Assembly (NCBI GenBank): GCA_002269645.1
Contig: NIVC01001246.1
Coordinates: 1-64,000, forward strand
DNA: 64,000 nt
From: Macrostomum lignano
Taxonomy: Eukaryota
Direction: 5' to 3'
The notes beneath the pieces were generated by a model. It ran no database searches. It was not told the origin of the DNA and saw only the letters and a list, made by a program, of their open reading frames with translations. This document shows positions 24,290-35,035 of the stretch, piece after piece (position 1 is the first letter of the stretch; the number at the start of each line of letters is the position of its first letter). A program made the position numbers and the translations under genes.

Positions 24290-26948
24290 ATGCTTTGAAT
24301 CTATTATTGATTCGCTACGGACGTCCGACTCATAAGGGTTCATATTTAAAGTTTTTCTGATAATTTCTTTAATGACTCTTTCGAATAGCAATAGCAGCAG
24401 TCAGTTAAACCAGACTTTTGATCATTTTTTGCTAAAAATTAGTGTAGGAAATAAGTTGTCATCTATCTCTTGTTTCCTTGTAATTCCCTGATCACTATTT
24501 GCTTTGATGTACTCATGCTAATTTTTTAAAGGTGAACGCAACTCACACTGGCACTGCAGTCTTGCCTCATCGGCTTATCCCACTATTATATCTACTCCCC
24601 ATCTTAAGCAACGATTAACTCTCCAGTTGTCTAAAAATTTCAAAGCACTGGCTGAGTCATGTTTAACAATTGTGTTAATTACCTCGCAAGTTTTTTTTCT
24701 TTTTTATTACCTCCAATCTAATTGCAGCAGTCCGTGTGCATGACGCAATAAAATTATATAAACTTGCATATACTTGAATCAGCACTTAGCTTGAATGTTT
24801 TTGAATCGTTCGAATTTAGGGCTTAGGGCCCGAATTTTTCATAATTAGTTCTAAGCATCCAGTCATAAAGCGATCGGTTAGTGACCAGCTTTAATTAATT
24901 ATAGAATTGGCTGCCATCGCAGAAACTATTAAAGTCTGCTTTACAATAGCTGTCAAACTCTTGGTTTGTAGCGGTTTTGACAATAGCAGAACTATCGTTG
25001 GACCTCTAGGCCCTGTGCCGATCGCCCATAGCATAAACTCTCCAAAAATAGCATATTTTACAGATGGAAGCGTTTCGACGGCGCTTTTTTTCACGAAACG
25101 AAAAGGTTTCTCGCGTCATGTCGGACTAATTTTTACGAGCGCTGACGCGCCGCCGAAAGCAGCCGAATGGCTGGTATGAAAATTAAAAAAATTTACTCCA
25201 AACTATTTTTACTGGACGACAACAACTGTCTGCAGTGGGCCAGTCCCGTGTCCCCCGTGCACTGCAGATAATTGAGAGAGTCCCAAATGCTGGATTGTTA
25301 AACCTGCAGGCTGGTCGACCCCCCATCCGGTATCTTTCCACGATCTCTGTCAAGGCGATTCTAAAAACGAATATCTGGAGTGCTAAAATTTTCGAATCAT
25401 TAATTTCATTAACAGAGGGGCGGCAATTTTTCATAATTTCTTGGATAAACCAATTTTTTAGTAACTCAATCAGATTGAAATTATGAAAAACCAATTCCTT
25501 GTGTTTTGACTCAAAGTTGTAGTGTAAAAAAGTGTTACTCTGTCACACGGAATCCCATTATTCCTATTATTGTATCTCAGGCTACATCCATGAAAATCAG
25601 AATAGACTACGTACGATATGAGACTAATTATGAGAATTCATTTTGCTAACCATATCGTTATTTAATTTTAAGTTGGCTCTCCAGATTCTGTTGTTATAGA
25701 TCTCCATGGCTCCGAGCCAGCGAAAGCTAAGCGACGCGAAAATTTTCTTTCAATCACGTGACAAAACTTTTCCAAATAGGAATTCGGGTATAGTTTTGTT
25801 GGATACACAATAGTTGCATTCGGTCTGCTGGTCTGGGGTAGCTGCCGGGGCTGATGGGTAACTGGGGTAGTCAAAGACCGAACCGCACTTGACCCTGCGT
25901 TGAAGAATGATTCAAGTCACCAGCAGATGCCATCAGATCCCATCGCGGATGTTTACATGTCCTCGCCGCGCACCGGGAGTCAGTCAGACCGTTTATGCAT
26001 GATTAATTACCGAATTCATCTTGACAGTGGGGGGGGGGGGGTAAACTGCTAACTGGCCAAGTTGTTTGGAATTTTCCATACAATTTTCTAAAGCTTTCAA
26101 GCTGAAAATTTGATCGATTATTGTTCACTGCATTGCTGCAAAACTAGTAGTCTCTTACACCGAAAAGAACTTGGTCCTTGATCTTACTGTAGGTCGATGC
26201 AATTAGCAATCAGAAGCCAGCAGCAGTCCTTTTCAATTATTACAGAACAGTCCGTTCCATACCGGCGACTTCTTTGAGCAAAAGTCAAATATGAATTGCA
26301 GCTTTTCTTTGAGTGCCAGCTACGATAACAAAATTTTCCACCTTTACTCTCGTACCAAAATTGTTCGCATGAAAGCTCCTATGCTTCATTTTAGGTTGCC
26401 TATGCTATTTCTGTGTACAGCCGAGAAAGTAACATATTTTAACGGTAGGAATCCTACTATTTTTCCACCCGACCGAATGCTTGAGAAACTATTTGAGGAT
26501 TACCTAGCTGACGTAGCAGATCAGGGACATCGGAGGAAATTCGTAATATGGTTCCAAGGTCCTATATAGTCCACCTGATGAAGGTCCAGAAGCTCCGCCT
26601 GGGTGAAGGCTAGTGATCAACGAAGTTACAGTTGATGCAGACTATGTGGTCGATGTGCTGATGAAATTTGGAGGCTTGGCAAGGCTGCACTGAGGCAAGG
26701 CGCACAGGGGAGTACTGAATACAAGGACTTCTAGTCCAGTCTAGAAGTCCTTGACTGAATACACTAGCGATTACGGAAAAAATCCGACCTTCTGACGGAA
26801 TCGTTGAATTTCTTGACGGTCCGGAGGTCTGGTGACTTGGTTCTTGTTTAAGAAGGTGCGCAACAAAAATTTAGTCCGTGTTCTCGAATTTCATCCGTTA
26901 GAAGACAGCAACTAGAATGTGAGGGAGAAGTTTCCTCAGCAGATCCTA

Positions 26949-27340
26949 TTGGTTTTGTCAGCCTAACTGAGAATAAAGCCATCCAATGTGAGAATCCTGC
27001 CTACGCTGACTGCGAAGGGCCTAGCTGCGTCCAGCCTAGTCTATGAGCCATAGACTATAAAGGACAAGCAAAGTTTGAAAAGACATCATCCAGTGTGTTC
27101 CTGTTTCCGTTATTCCGTTCAAGCTATTGGCTAGTCATATGGCTCAGAAGGTATAAAAATAAAAGAATACGACGCATAGACCAATCGATTCTCACATTGG
27201 ATGGCTTTTTATCACTTTGCTTATCCTTTATTGTCTATGGCTCATAGACTAAGGCTGCACGCAGCCAGGCCCTTCGCAGTCAGCGTAGGCAGGATTCTCA
27301 CTTTGGATGGCTTTATTCTTAGTTAGGCTGACAAAACCAA
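26949..27340. mobile_element. MITE, 392 bp, ~128-bp TIRs, TA target duplication
   Basis: TA|TTGGTTTTGTCAGCCTAACT...AGTTAGGCTGACAAAACCAA|TA. Arms ~26949-27075 and ~27214-27340, with no coding capacity. Confidence 0.9.
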
Positions 27341-27554
27341 TACTACTGTTAAATAATTATTCCCATTAATTAGTCACGGTCACATAAGCATGTAGCACAT
27401 GTTATTAGTTTAATTATTATCTACTGTCAATATAAAAAGCTGTCAACCACAGATGATAAAATAACTACGAGTATCTACTAGTTATTCGAGTATCTGTGGT
27501 GTAAACATACCTCTCTTTAAAAATTCTACCAGTCTTTTGGACATGCAAGTAATA

Positions 27555-28260
27555 TTGCTTTCTGCAGCCCATTTGGGCCTTCGCGCATTGAATTTAATCC
27601 AAGATGCGTTTGCCAATGTAGTGGAGCTTTTGTCTATGGTAGCAAGGCTGGCACAGGGCATTTCATTTGGTCCAACAAGCATCAATTTGGTCCAAAATTC
27701 TCGTGAGCCATTGGACAAATTCTTGCCTTCTTGCAACAGTCTGCAGGTTGTTGCGTACTGCTGGAATGTCAGCGTCTCTAGCAACAAGTTTTAGTCGCTT
27801 TTCCAGAGTTCCTTCAACTTCTGCTGCATTTTCTGCAGTATCAACAAAGTGTTCGTCTCAACTGCATCGAGTTGGACCTGAGGCTCTCGAGCAACTTGCC
27901 TTGGCGATTGCCACCCCTTCGCAGGCGATCTCTGCTGCCAGTGGTTTCAAAGCGCTGCTGGATGCTGTAAACCATCTTTTACATTCAGAAACCTTGCAAT
28001 GTCATTTGGGTGTTCACTTCTGTCGATTGCTTCGATCACAAGCCAAAGGCATTCGTTTGAAAGCCTAGCATATGATCCACAACTATGGGGATGATGTTGC
28101 TCCTCCACAGCAGTTGAAATGGAAGCTATGGACCAAATTGATGCTTGTTGGACCAAATTGAATGCAGCCTTGCTACCATAGACAAAAGCTCCACTACATT
28201 GGCTAACGTATCTTGGATTAAATTAAATGCGCGTTAGCCCAACTGGGCTGCAAAAAGCAA
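27555..28260 (-). mobile_element. Degenerate Tc1/IS630-type element, ~140-bp TIRs, TA duplication, HTH remnant
   Basis: TA|TTGCTTTCTGCAGCCCA...TGGGCTGCAAAAAGCAA|TA. The frameshifted interior reads YARLS...VYSIQQRFETTGSRDRLRRGG...LKLVARDADIPAVRNNLQTVARRQEFVQWL, homologous to the 1612-2670 transposase N-terminus. Confidence 0.82.
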
Positions 28261-28978
28261 TAATAAATAAAAAGCAACAAAAATTATGTATTTGATTTAA
28301 CTTCTTAAGAAATCGATGTCTGTAAATAATGTCATCGTTGCTAAATATATTTGGCGAGAAGGGGAAGGTCTGTCGCAAAGTTTTTGCTATGATTTCGTTC
28401 GTAATAAAAATTACACATGTGAAGCCAAATTGAGCTAGGCTAATCGTTGGAAATAGAAGTTTAAGAAGCTAGCACACAAGAGTCATGACGAAAATTCTGC
28501 AGGTATATTAAGAAACGATTTTGCAGTAGAAGCGATGGATTTAAATGTAAATATAAGCCTTTAAAATCCACAGAGCAAGCTAAGATACATGAAATCACTA
28601 CCTTGAGCTTGTTATAACGAGGAGTTCAAAAGTCAAAAGCAAATCTTCTGCAAAGAGTTTTACTTATTTTTTTCGAGACTCTCTACTTTTAAAAACAGTT
28701 TGGAGTAGCATTGTTAGAATTTCTGCAACAGTAATTTCTAAAGAAACAATATTCTAAATAGTTTTCTTGTCTAGCGATTAAGTGAAGAAGATTAAAACTA
28801 AAATCCGCCATGAGCGTACAGGTATGACAGACGTCAAGAGTACATTAGCAACGTTATGTACTGTTATTTGGCTAAAGAATCAAGTCAGAAAGCTTCGCTA
28901 ATCAATGCAATCGAGTTTAATAAAGTCATCGAAGTCTGCTGAGTCATCGGTCACGCACAAACACGCGCTCTCTCTCCC

Positions 28979-31319
28979 TCAGGATCCCTCTTCCAGTGCC
29001 ACAATGACAGTCATCTCGCGCTGAACGGTCAGCTCCATTCGCCAGCTCTGGTATCGGCGCCAGCAGGTGGCGGCTCCGTAGACAATCCAGATGATGACGC
29101 CAACGCTGACGAAGCCCGTCAGCAGTTCGAAGAGCACCAGCTGATAGCCGTTGCTCTGCTTCGTCTCTTCCTGGCGTAGGTCGGCGATAAAAAAGATGAG
29201 CACACCGATTAGCGGAACCGCCACGGCCAAGCAGCATATTGTGACAGCCAGACAGCAGACCTGACGAAAAAATTCAGTCAAAAAAGCAAAACTTTTCAAC
29301 TTATCGAAGCTCATTGTTGAAAAAGTTGAGCATCTCATTCTGTAGCTTCACACGGGGTCAATTTGTGACGTACAGCTGCCCTGACTAACTCACTGTCAGG
29401 CAGTTAACTGTTGCGTCGAGTCATCCCATTTTTTAATTGTGGATGAACTGCAGTTCTAGGAAAAATAGGAAAGAAAAGCTTGAATTTCAAAATATCAAAT
29501 ATCACGGGTCGAGTCGGTCGCGCTTATTGAGCATCTTGAGCATCTGGCAAAGCTTTTACAGCTTCTGAAACTGTCTTTTTGTAAATCCTCACTAGTTGCT
29601 ATGCCGCTAATTCCTTGTCCGGTCGTATTCTACGACAGCTTCTTAAACCTAGTGATTTATAATATACCTTTTCCACTCCAAGTCTGTCACAAGTAACTTC
29701 AAATCTGCCGTAGATAGCAGAAAGGCATACATTCAGCTCGCAAGCCGAGCGCCAACTTAATAGTCTATGGTTAAAGCTCAGATCAATTCTGTCAAAAGTA
29801 ATTTCAAATCTGTCTACTGAACAGATAACGAAACAAAGGTTTATTTTGAACAGTGCTCTCAAATTAAAGCAACAAATTCTGTAATTCACTATGCTAACAT
29901 GTCTGCTACAGTCAATCAGTTGCATAGATATTTCAAACAAAAATATCGCGACGATCCAAGCAGGCCTGTCCGTAACTCAACGTGTGCAGGTGCCATCGTA
30001 GGCAGTGGTCATGTGTCAGATGAGGCATGCTGGCATGCAATTCGCGAATCAGAATGCTCAGTCTGAATGCTTTAGGATCAAGTTTGCGGTGGTCCTTTTG
30101 ATTCCGAGGTCAATGGCCAGTCTCCTCCAGTCCCGTCCAGTGTTGTAGCTGTTAACCAGGCGCTGCCTGTCTATTAAGCATATTCTTGCATAGGGCATGG
30201 TGGGTAAGGCAAGAAAAAATTGTTGTGAACTCGCGTTGCTGTCAACATATATATCTCTGACAGATTTGAAGTTACTTGTGACAGAATTTATATATAAGAT
30301 TGCCATAGACGAATAAGTTTCACTGTTAAAATCTGGGTCTGTCTATAAAGAAGTTTTCTAGTCTTTACTGCTTTGGTTCCAACTCCCTATCTGTTCAGTG
30401 GACAGATTTGAAATTACTTTTGACAGAATTGATCTGAGCTTTTACCATAGACTATTAAGCTGGCGCTCGGCTTGCGAGCTGAATGTATGCCTTTCTGCTA
30501 TCTACGGCAGATTTGAAGTTACTTGTGACAGACTTGGAGTGGAAAAGGTATAGTACGAGTACAATAGTCTAGACGTTACACAAGTACTACGTACGTTTTC
30601 TGCTGAGTTGAGACCAGCTGACCTTAAATCTTCCTTTGCTCAAACCGCCACCTAAAAAGAATAAAATCATTTAAAGTAAAGCAAAAAAGTGCAATTTTCA
30701 CCTGGTCCAGTTGTCGCAGCCATGTACACCAGTTCGGTGCCACAGTCGACCCATCAGCGGATGCTTCGCCCTGCGCGGCCGTGGTGGCAGCCTCTGCTGC
30801 GGCTTCGCTCCTGGCGGCGGCGGCAGCTGCGGCGGCATCGGCGGCCGCCTGCGCCAGCTCCGGCATCAGCTGCTGGTCGCACTGACGCAGATCAAAGCCG
30901 CACAGTTCGCACCTGTGCTTGCGGCTGAGCTGCAGCCAGCGAGTTAAACAGCCGGGGTGCACCAGGCCCATCGTGCCTTTGCAGAGGCAGGGACCGACGA
31001 GCGACTCGCCGACCCGATGATCGTCCGCTTGGTCGCTGCAGTTCAAGGACAGCGACCGGCCGCCGAGGCAGTAGCGACAGTGCGGACTGGAGAAGCTGCT
31101 GCCAATGAAAACTGCTGCCGGTGTGCCGCCGGCCTGAGACTGCACGAGCTGCTGACGGAATCGCCGGTCGCTGTTGTTCGAGCTGATGTGATACTCAGGG
31201 TTGTTATTGTCACTGACAGGCGAAGACTGCGACGGTTCTGCATCGGCAGCATCTAAGCTCAAGGCCACGATAGGCGAAGAAGTATTGGGTAAAGTGTCCT
31301 GCAGTAAGGGGTTGTACAT
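28979..31319 (-). CDS. MARCH-family membrane RING-CH E3 ubiquitin ligase, 299 aa; exons 31319-30702 and 29260-28979
   Basis: C4HC3 RINGv CRYC...PCLCKGTMGLVHPGCLTRW...CELC. A phase-0 GT-AG splice (LDQ|VCCL) joins it to an exon with two hydrophobic TM helices, the canonical MARCH layout. Confidence 0.88.
29665..30550 (-). mobile_element. Non-autonomous Tc1/IS630-type element in the MARCH intron, ~163-bp TIRs, TA duplication
   Basis: TA|TACCTTTTCCACTCC...GGAGTGGAAAAGGTA|TA; TIRs 29665-29827 and 30388-30550. Interior MPYARICLIDRQRLVNSYNTGRDWRRLAIDLGIKRTTAN is close to the remnant at 197-616. Confidence 0.9.
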
Positions 31320-31973
31320 TTGCTCGCTTTGTCCTCTGTTCTGTTTGCAAGGTCAGAACTCCGATCCAGCACTTAGCGCTCGTAGACCCGTCAGTTAAGT
31401 TAATTGGTTCAAGTTTCACAGACTTCACAGCCTTGGCATCACATCGCCATCAGTCGTTATCTAAAAAGGCTAAATTTCGTTTCGACACAACTTGTACACC
31501 TTTTTCCATGGCTCTGTGCATTAGCCAGTGTAACTTGAATGTTTCAATTGGTTGAATCAAGCATGCAATTTAGTTGGAGCCTACCTATCGTACATACCAA
31601 CGCTCTGCCTACCGTCTCAGCTCAGCCCTTCTAGCTTTTTGACACTGTACAACCTCAATAAACTGATGCGTGGCGAGACTAACACAGTACACTGTACCAG
31701 CCAATCACAAATCATGAATTGTGTCTGCACATGATAAATCATTACTTCTTGGTGAAAGTCTTCAATTAAAATATGCTTCGTAAATAAACTTGAGCGTAGT
31801 GTGCCAGTGTTGCAGTCTCAGTCAGCTTACTATTGAGCAATGCCTTGTTGACCATTCAAATACAAGACTGGACACATTTCATAGGTAAAACGTTGAATTA
31901 ATCAGCTGTACAAGCTAATTATACTCTCTAAAACAAAAATACTGCATACAAACGTAGCTAAATGTATATTGCA

Positions 31974-32670
31974 AGGACTACTTAAGTAAATACGGGAAAC
32001 CTCGTTACCTGGAAACTTTTTGAAGGCAGGTTTTCCTAAAAAAATACACTACGGAGATAGGAAGTTTTCATTTTTTCAGCACAAAAATTGCTATTGCTTT
32101 TGATAGGAGGCAGATCCAGTGTTCATCTTTTGATATTTTGTGCCTTTCTTATTGCTCTATCGATATTCATAAAGCTAATTGTCGTTTAGAAAATTAGGAT
32201 TTTTTGTTTATCTTTTATTCTACGTACATTTGCACGTGTCTTGTGCCTAAAAATCATTAAAATGGCACGGCTCAGCTCTGGTATTATGAATATATTTTAT
32301 CATTCTTAGCTGACTGAGTAACAAATATGCGTAGCAGAAATGATAAAATAGATTCATAAAATCAAGGATTGGAGCTGCGCAATGCATTTTTATGATTTTT
32401 AGGTACAGGAAATGTACGTAGAATAAAAAGTTAATATACTCGTAGAATCCAAAGTTTCTAAACGAAAAGCTTTATGAATATCGATGGAGCAATAAGAAAG
32501 GCACAACATATCAAAAGATGAACACTGGATCTGCCTCCTATCAAAAGCAACTACAACTTTTGTGCTGAAAAAATGAAAACTTCCTATCTCCGTAGTGTAC
32601 TTTTTCGGAAAAGCCTGCCTTCAAAAAATTTCCAGGAAACGAGGTTTCCCGTCTTTACTTAAGTCGTCCT
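31974..32670. mobile_element. Foldback/MITE with ~260-bp imperfect TIRs
   Basis: 31974-~32235 is the reverse complement of ~32405-32670 (AGGACxACTTAAGTAAAxACGGGAAACCTCG...). Confidence 0.85.
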
Positions 32671-33183
32671 GGTATATTGTCGTGCCGCTATATGTTTCTT
32701 ATAAAACATGTATTCTAGAACTTTTCTTCGCTCTTCGCGTATGCCAATTATGGTAAGGATCTAGAAACTCCTCCCCCGCGCGCACCCCGAGTCTATTATG
32801 TTCTTTTACTAAAAAAGTACAACAGTACAAAGTTCAAAGTTCAAACCATGGTTTTTGTATTAACATAAAAGTACGCTCGCATACTCGTATATAAGTATTT
32901 GTATTTGTGGCAAAAGTGTAATACGGTCTTAGTATAGGAAAAATAGAGCAAAAAAGTTTGCAGAAGCGAAATCTTATTAATTAGATTTCTTCTAGACACT
33001 GAACTGGTATAGGCGTCTAAGCGATGCTCTCTTTGTAGCATTTTAAAAAGAACTATCTGAAGAAACCATGGCGCAAATTAGTAATAAAATTTCATTATAG
33101 AAAATAGAAAGTAACAATCTATGTTACGCAAGCTCAGTTGCCTGTTCAAAACAGCTTTGCAAATTGAATTTTATCAGCTGACA

Positions 33184-33924
33184 TCACAGGAAATAACGCC
33201 ACTTGATAATATCAGTAGCTTCCAGATCGTGTTTCAATTTCTTGTTTTCGGTGTCGCGACTGAAGAATACGCCGCATGTGGGCTTCTGGAAGGTCCGGAA
33301 CGGAGCAACGTCGTTCTTCTCGCGCTCGCTCTCCGTGAAGAAGCTGCTGCCTTCCAGGGAGGGCAGCAGAGCGCCAAGCGGCGTGGGCTCCGGCAGTCGC
33401 TGACCTACCGGTTGAAAGTCCAGCACCCGGCAGACGTTGTAACGTCTGGACAGTTTGCTGCTCAAGCCCATCTGGTGCAGCCGCATGTGCTCGAGACGTT
33501 GCCAGCTTCGGAGTCGCGGATCCGGGTTGAAGCTGAACACCATTGGTGTTCGATCTACTAGAAGTGGCTGCTTAGCCCTTTGCTGGCGTTTCTGCTGCTG
33601 CTGCGGCTTCGAAAGCGTTGTAGCCTGCGGTGCCTGCGCACCGGACACGGCAGTCTTCGGGCGAGCGGATAACAGCCGCTGAGATGATGCCGACGCAGCT
33701 GCTGTTGCAGGACGTTGTTGCGTCTGTTGCTGAGGCGTCTTTGGAGAGCTTCTAGAGGAGATGGGACGCTGCTGCTCTTGCTGCTGTTGAGGTGTCTTCG
33801 GAGTAGTGGGCTTCGCACAGCTGCCTGACGATACGGGCCGCTGTTGTGGCGTCTTTGGCGGTTCGACCGGCTCGACACTTGCAGGAACGTCTTCCGTCTG
33901 GGTCCCAGTCTCAAGTTGTTGCAT
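33184..33924 (-). CDS. Orphan protein, 246 aa (low-complexity P/Q/S/T N-half, ordered C-half)
   Basis: GC-rich, coding-like single ORF from ATG to TGA. No family recognised, and upstream exons cannot be excluded. Confidence 0.6.
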   Translation of the reverse strand: MQQLETGTQTEDVPASVEPVEPPKTPQQRPVSSGSCAKPTTPKTPQQQQEQQRPISSRSSPKTPQQQTQQRPATAAASASSQRLLSARPKTAVSGAQAPQATTLSKPQQQQKRQQRAKQPLLVDRTPMVFSFNPDPRLRSWQRLEHMRLHQMGLSSKLSRRYNVCRVLDFQPVGQRLPEPTPLGALLPSLEGSSFFTESEREKNDVAPFRTFQKPTCGVFFSRDTENKKLKHDLEATDIIKWRYFL

Positions 33925-34244
33925 GTCAGTGTATGCTAGCGCAGCTAAGGATGCAGAAGACAGAGGGAGAAAAAGCTTGTCAACGGGTGCTTTAAACGTA
34001 GAGGTGACAGCAGATGTTTAGCAGCTGTTTTCTTCTTCAGGTGCTCAGAATTTTATTTTTTACCTGCCCTGTTGTCTGCCGCTGTGTCTCAGTTAGCGGC
34101 GGCACTGGAGTGAGTCGGAGTTTGAAGCGCAGACAAAAAGACTCAAGAGTATAGGGAGAGCTGGCCTGAGCTGCAGACAGCCTTGGGTTAGAAATAAGAG
34201 AAATACTCAGGCCGCAGAACATCTCTCTCTCCCTTTGTGCTTTC

Positions 34245-34258
34245 GTAACTCTGGAAAC
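34245..34258. promoter_or_regulatory. Possible RFX X-box
   Basis: GTAACTCTGGAAAC matches the 14-bp X-box consensus at 13/14 positions and lies ~320 bp upstream of the 33924 ATG. Confidence 0.3.
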
Positions 34259-35035
34259 GGCGACTAGGAGCTAGCGGTGGCTTCAGGCTTAAAGCGGTCT
34301 CTCTGGCATAGTGGGGACTCCGCCATAGGCCATATAGCGGCTCTCAGTGCGTGCCTTTTAAATCTCTTTCCACACTTGTTCGTTTGTTCTTTTTTGATGC
34401 TAGATTTTTCTCTTCAGCTAGCTAGCTACCGTGTATGCCTGTCTGTCTGACTGACCAAAAACGTTAGAGGAGGTAGGATTGAATTGTAGCTCTTCTACTC
34501 TTTTATTAATAGAAATCATCTTTAAATTGAAGTAACTTGAAGTAACTAAGTAGGTTGAATCTTGCAAAGAAAAAAAACAGGTAAAATATTTCGCTGGTTG
34601 TTTGATACAGTTAATACAAGGAAATCGGTGCCTTTCCGGCTAGCTACTATTAGTAGTGTTCATTGAATTTATCCGAAATCAAGATTGCCCGGGAGTACAA
34701 AAAGCGATTTTTATATGTATAACCATATTTCAATATGGAGATTTCCGTGAAAACGACTGCAAAATTTAATATAGCAAAAAATCACTTTTATCATACTTTT
34801 ATTTACAACCCATCGTAAGGAATTGGCAATCAAGACAAAAAGTTACAATGATTTAACTGTCTTTTTTCTCAGAACTGCCCGGTAAATAAACTGACGAGGC
34901 GCAAAGCGGGCACACCTTTCGAAATTTTGTATAAAAATAAATATTTTGAGATTAAATTCGGTTAATTCGCTGGCATAAGACTTTGAGGTTAATGAACGTT
35001 AATTATTGCATGTATCAAACCCAATCTTCTCATGC

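Noticed and set aside
24891-25494. Weak Tc1-like fragments (IVERYRMGG; PSVKYAIFGEFMLW)
   Set aside because: No TIRs or catalytic motifs located, and the similarity could be chance.
26576-26680. CTGATGA cores as hammerhead ribozymes (also ~2882 and ~61947)
   Set aside because: No stem II closing onto GAAA could be built by eye.
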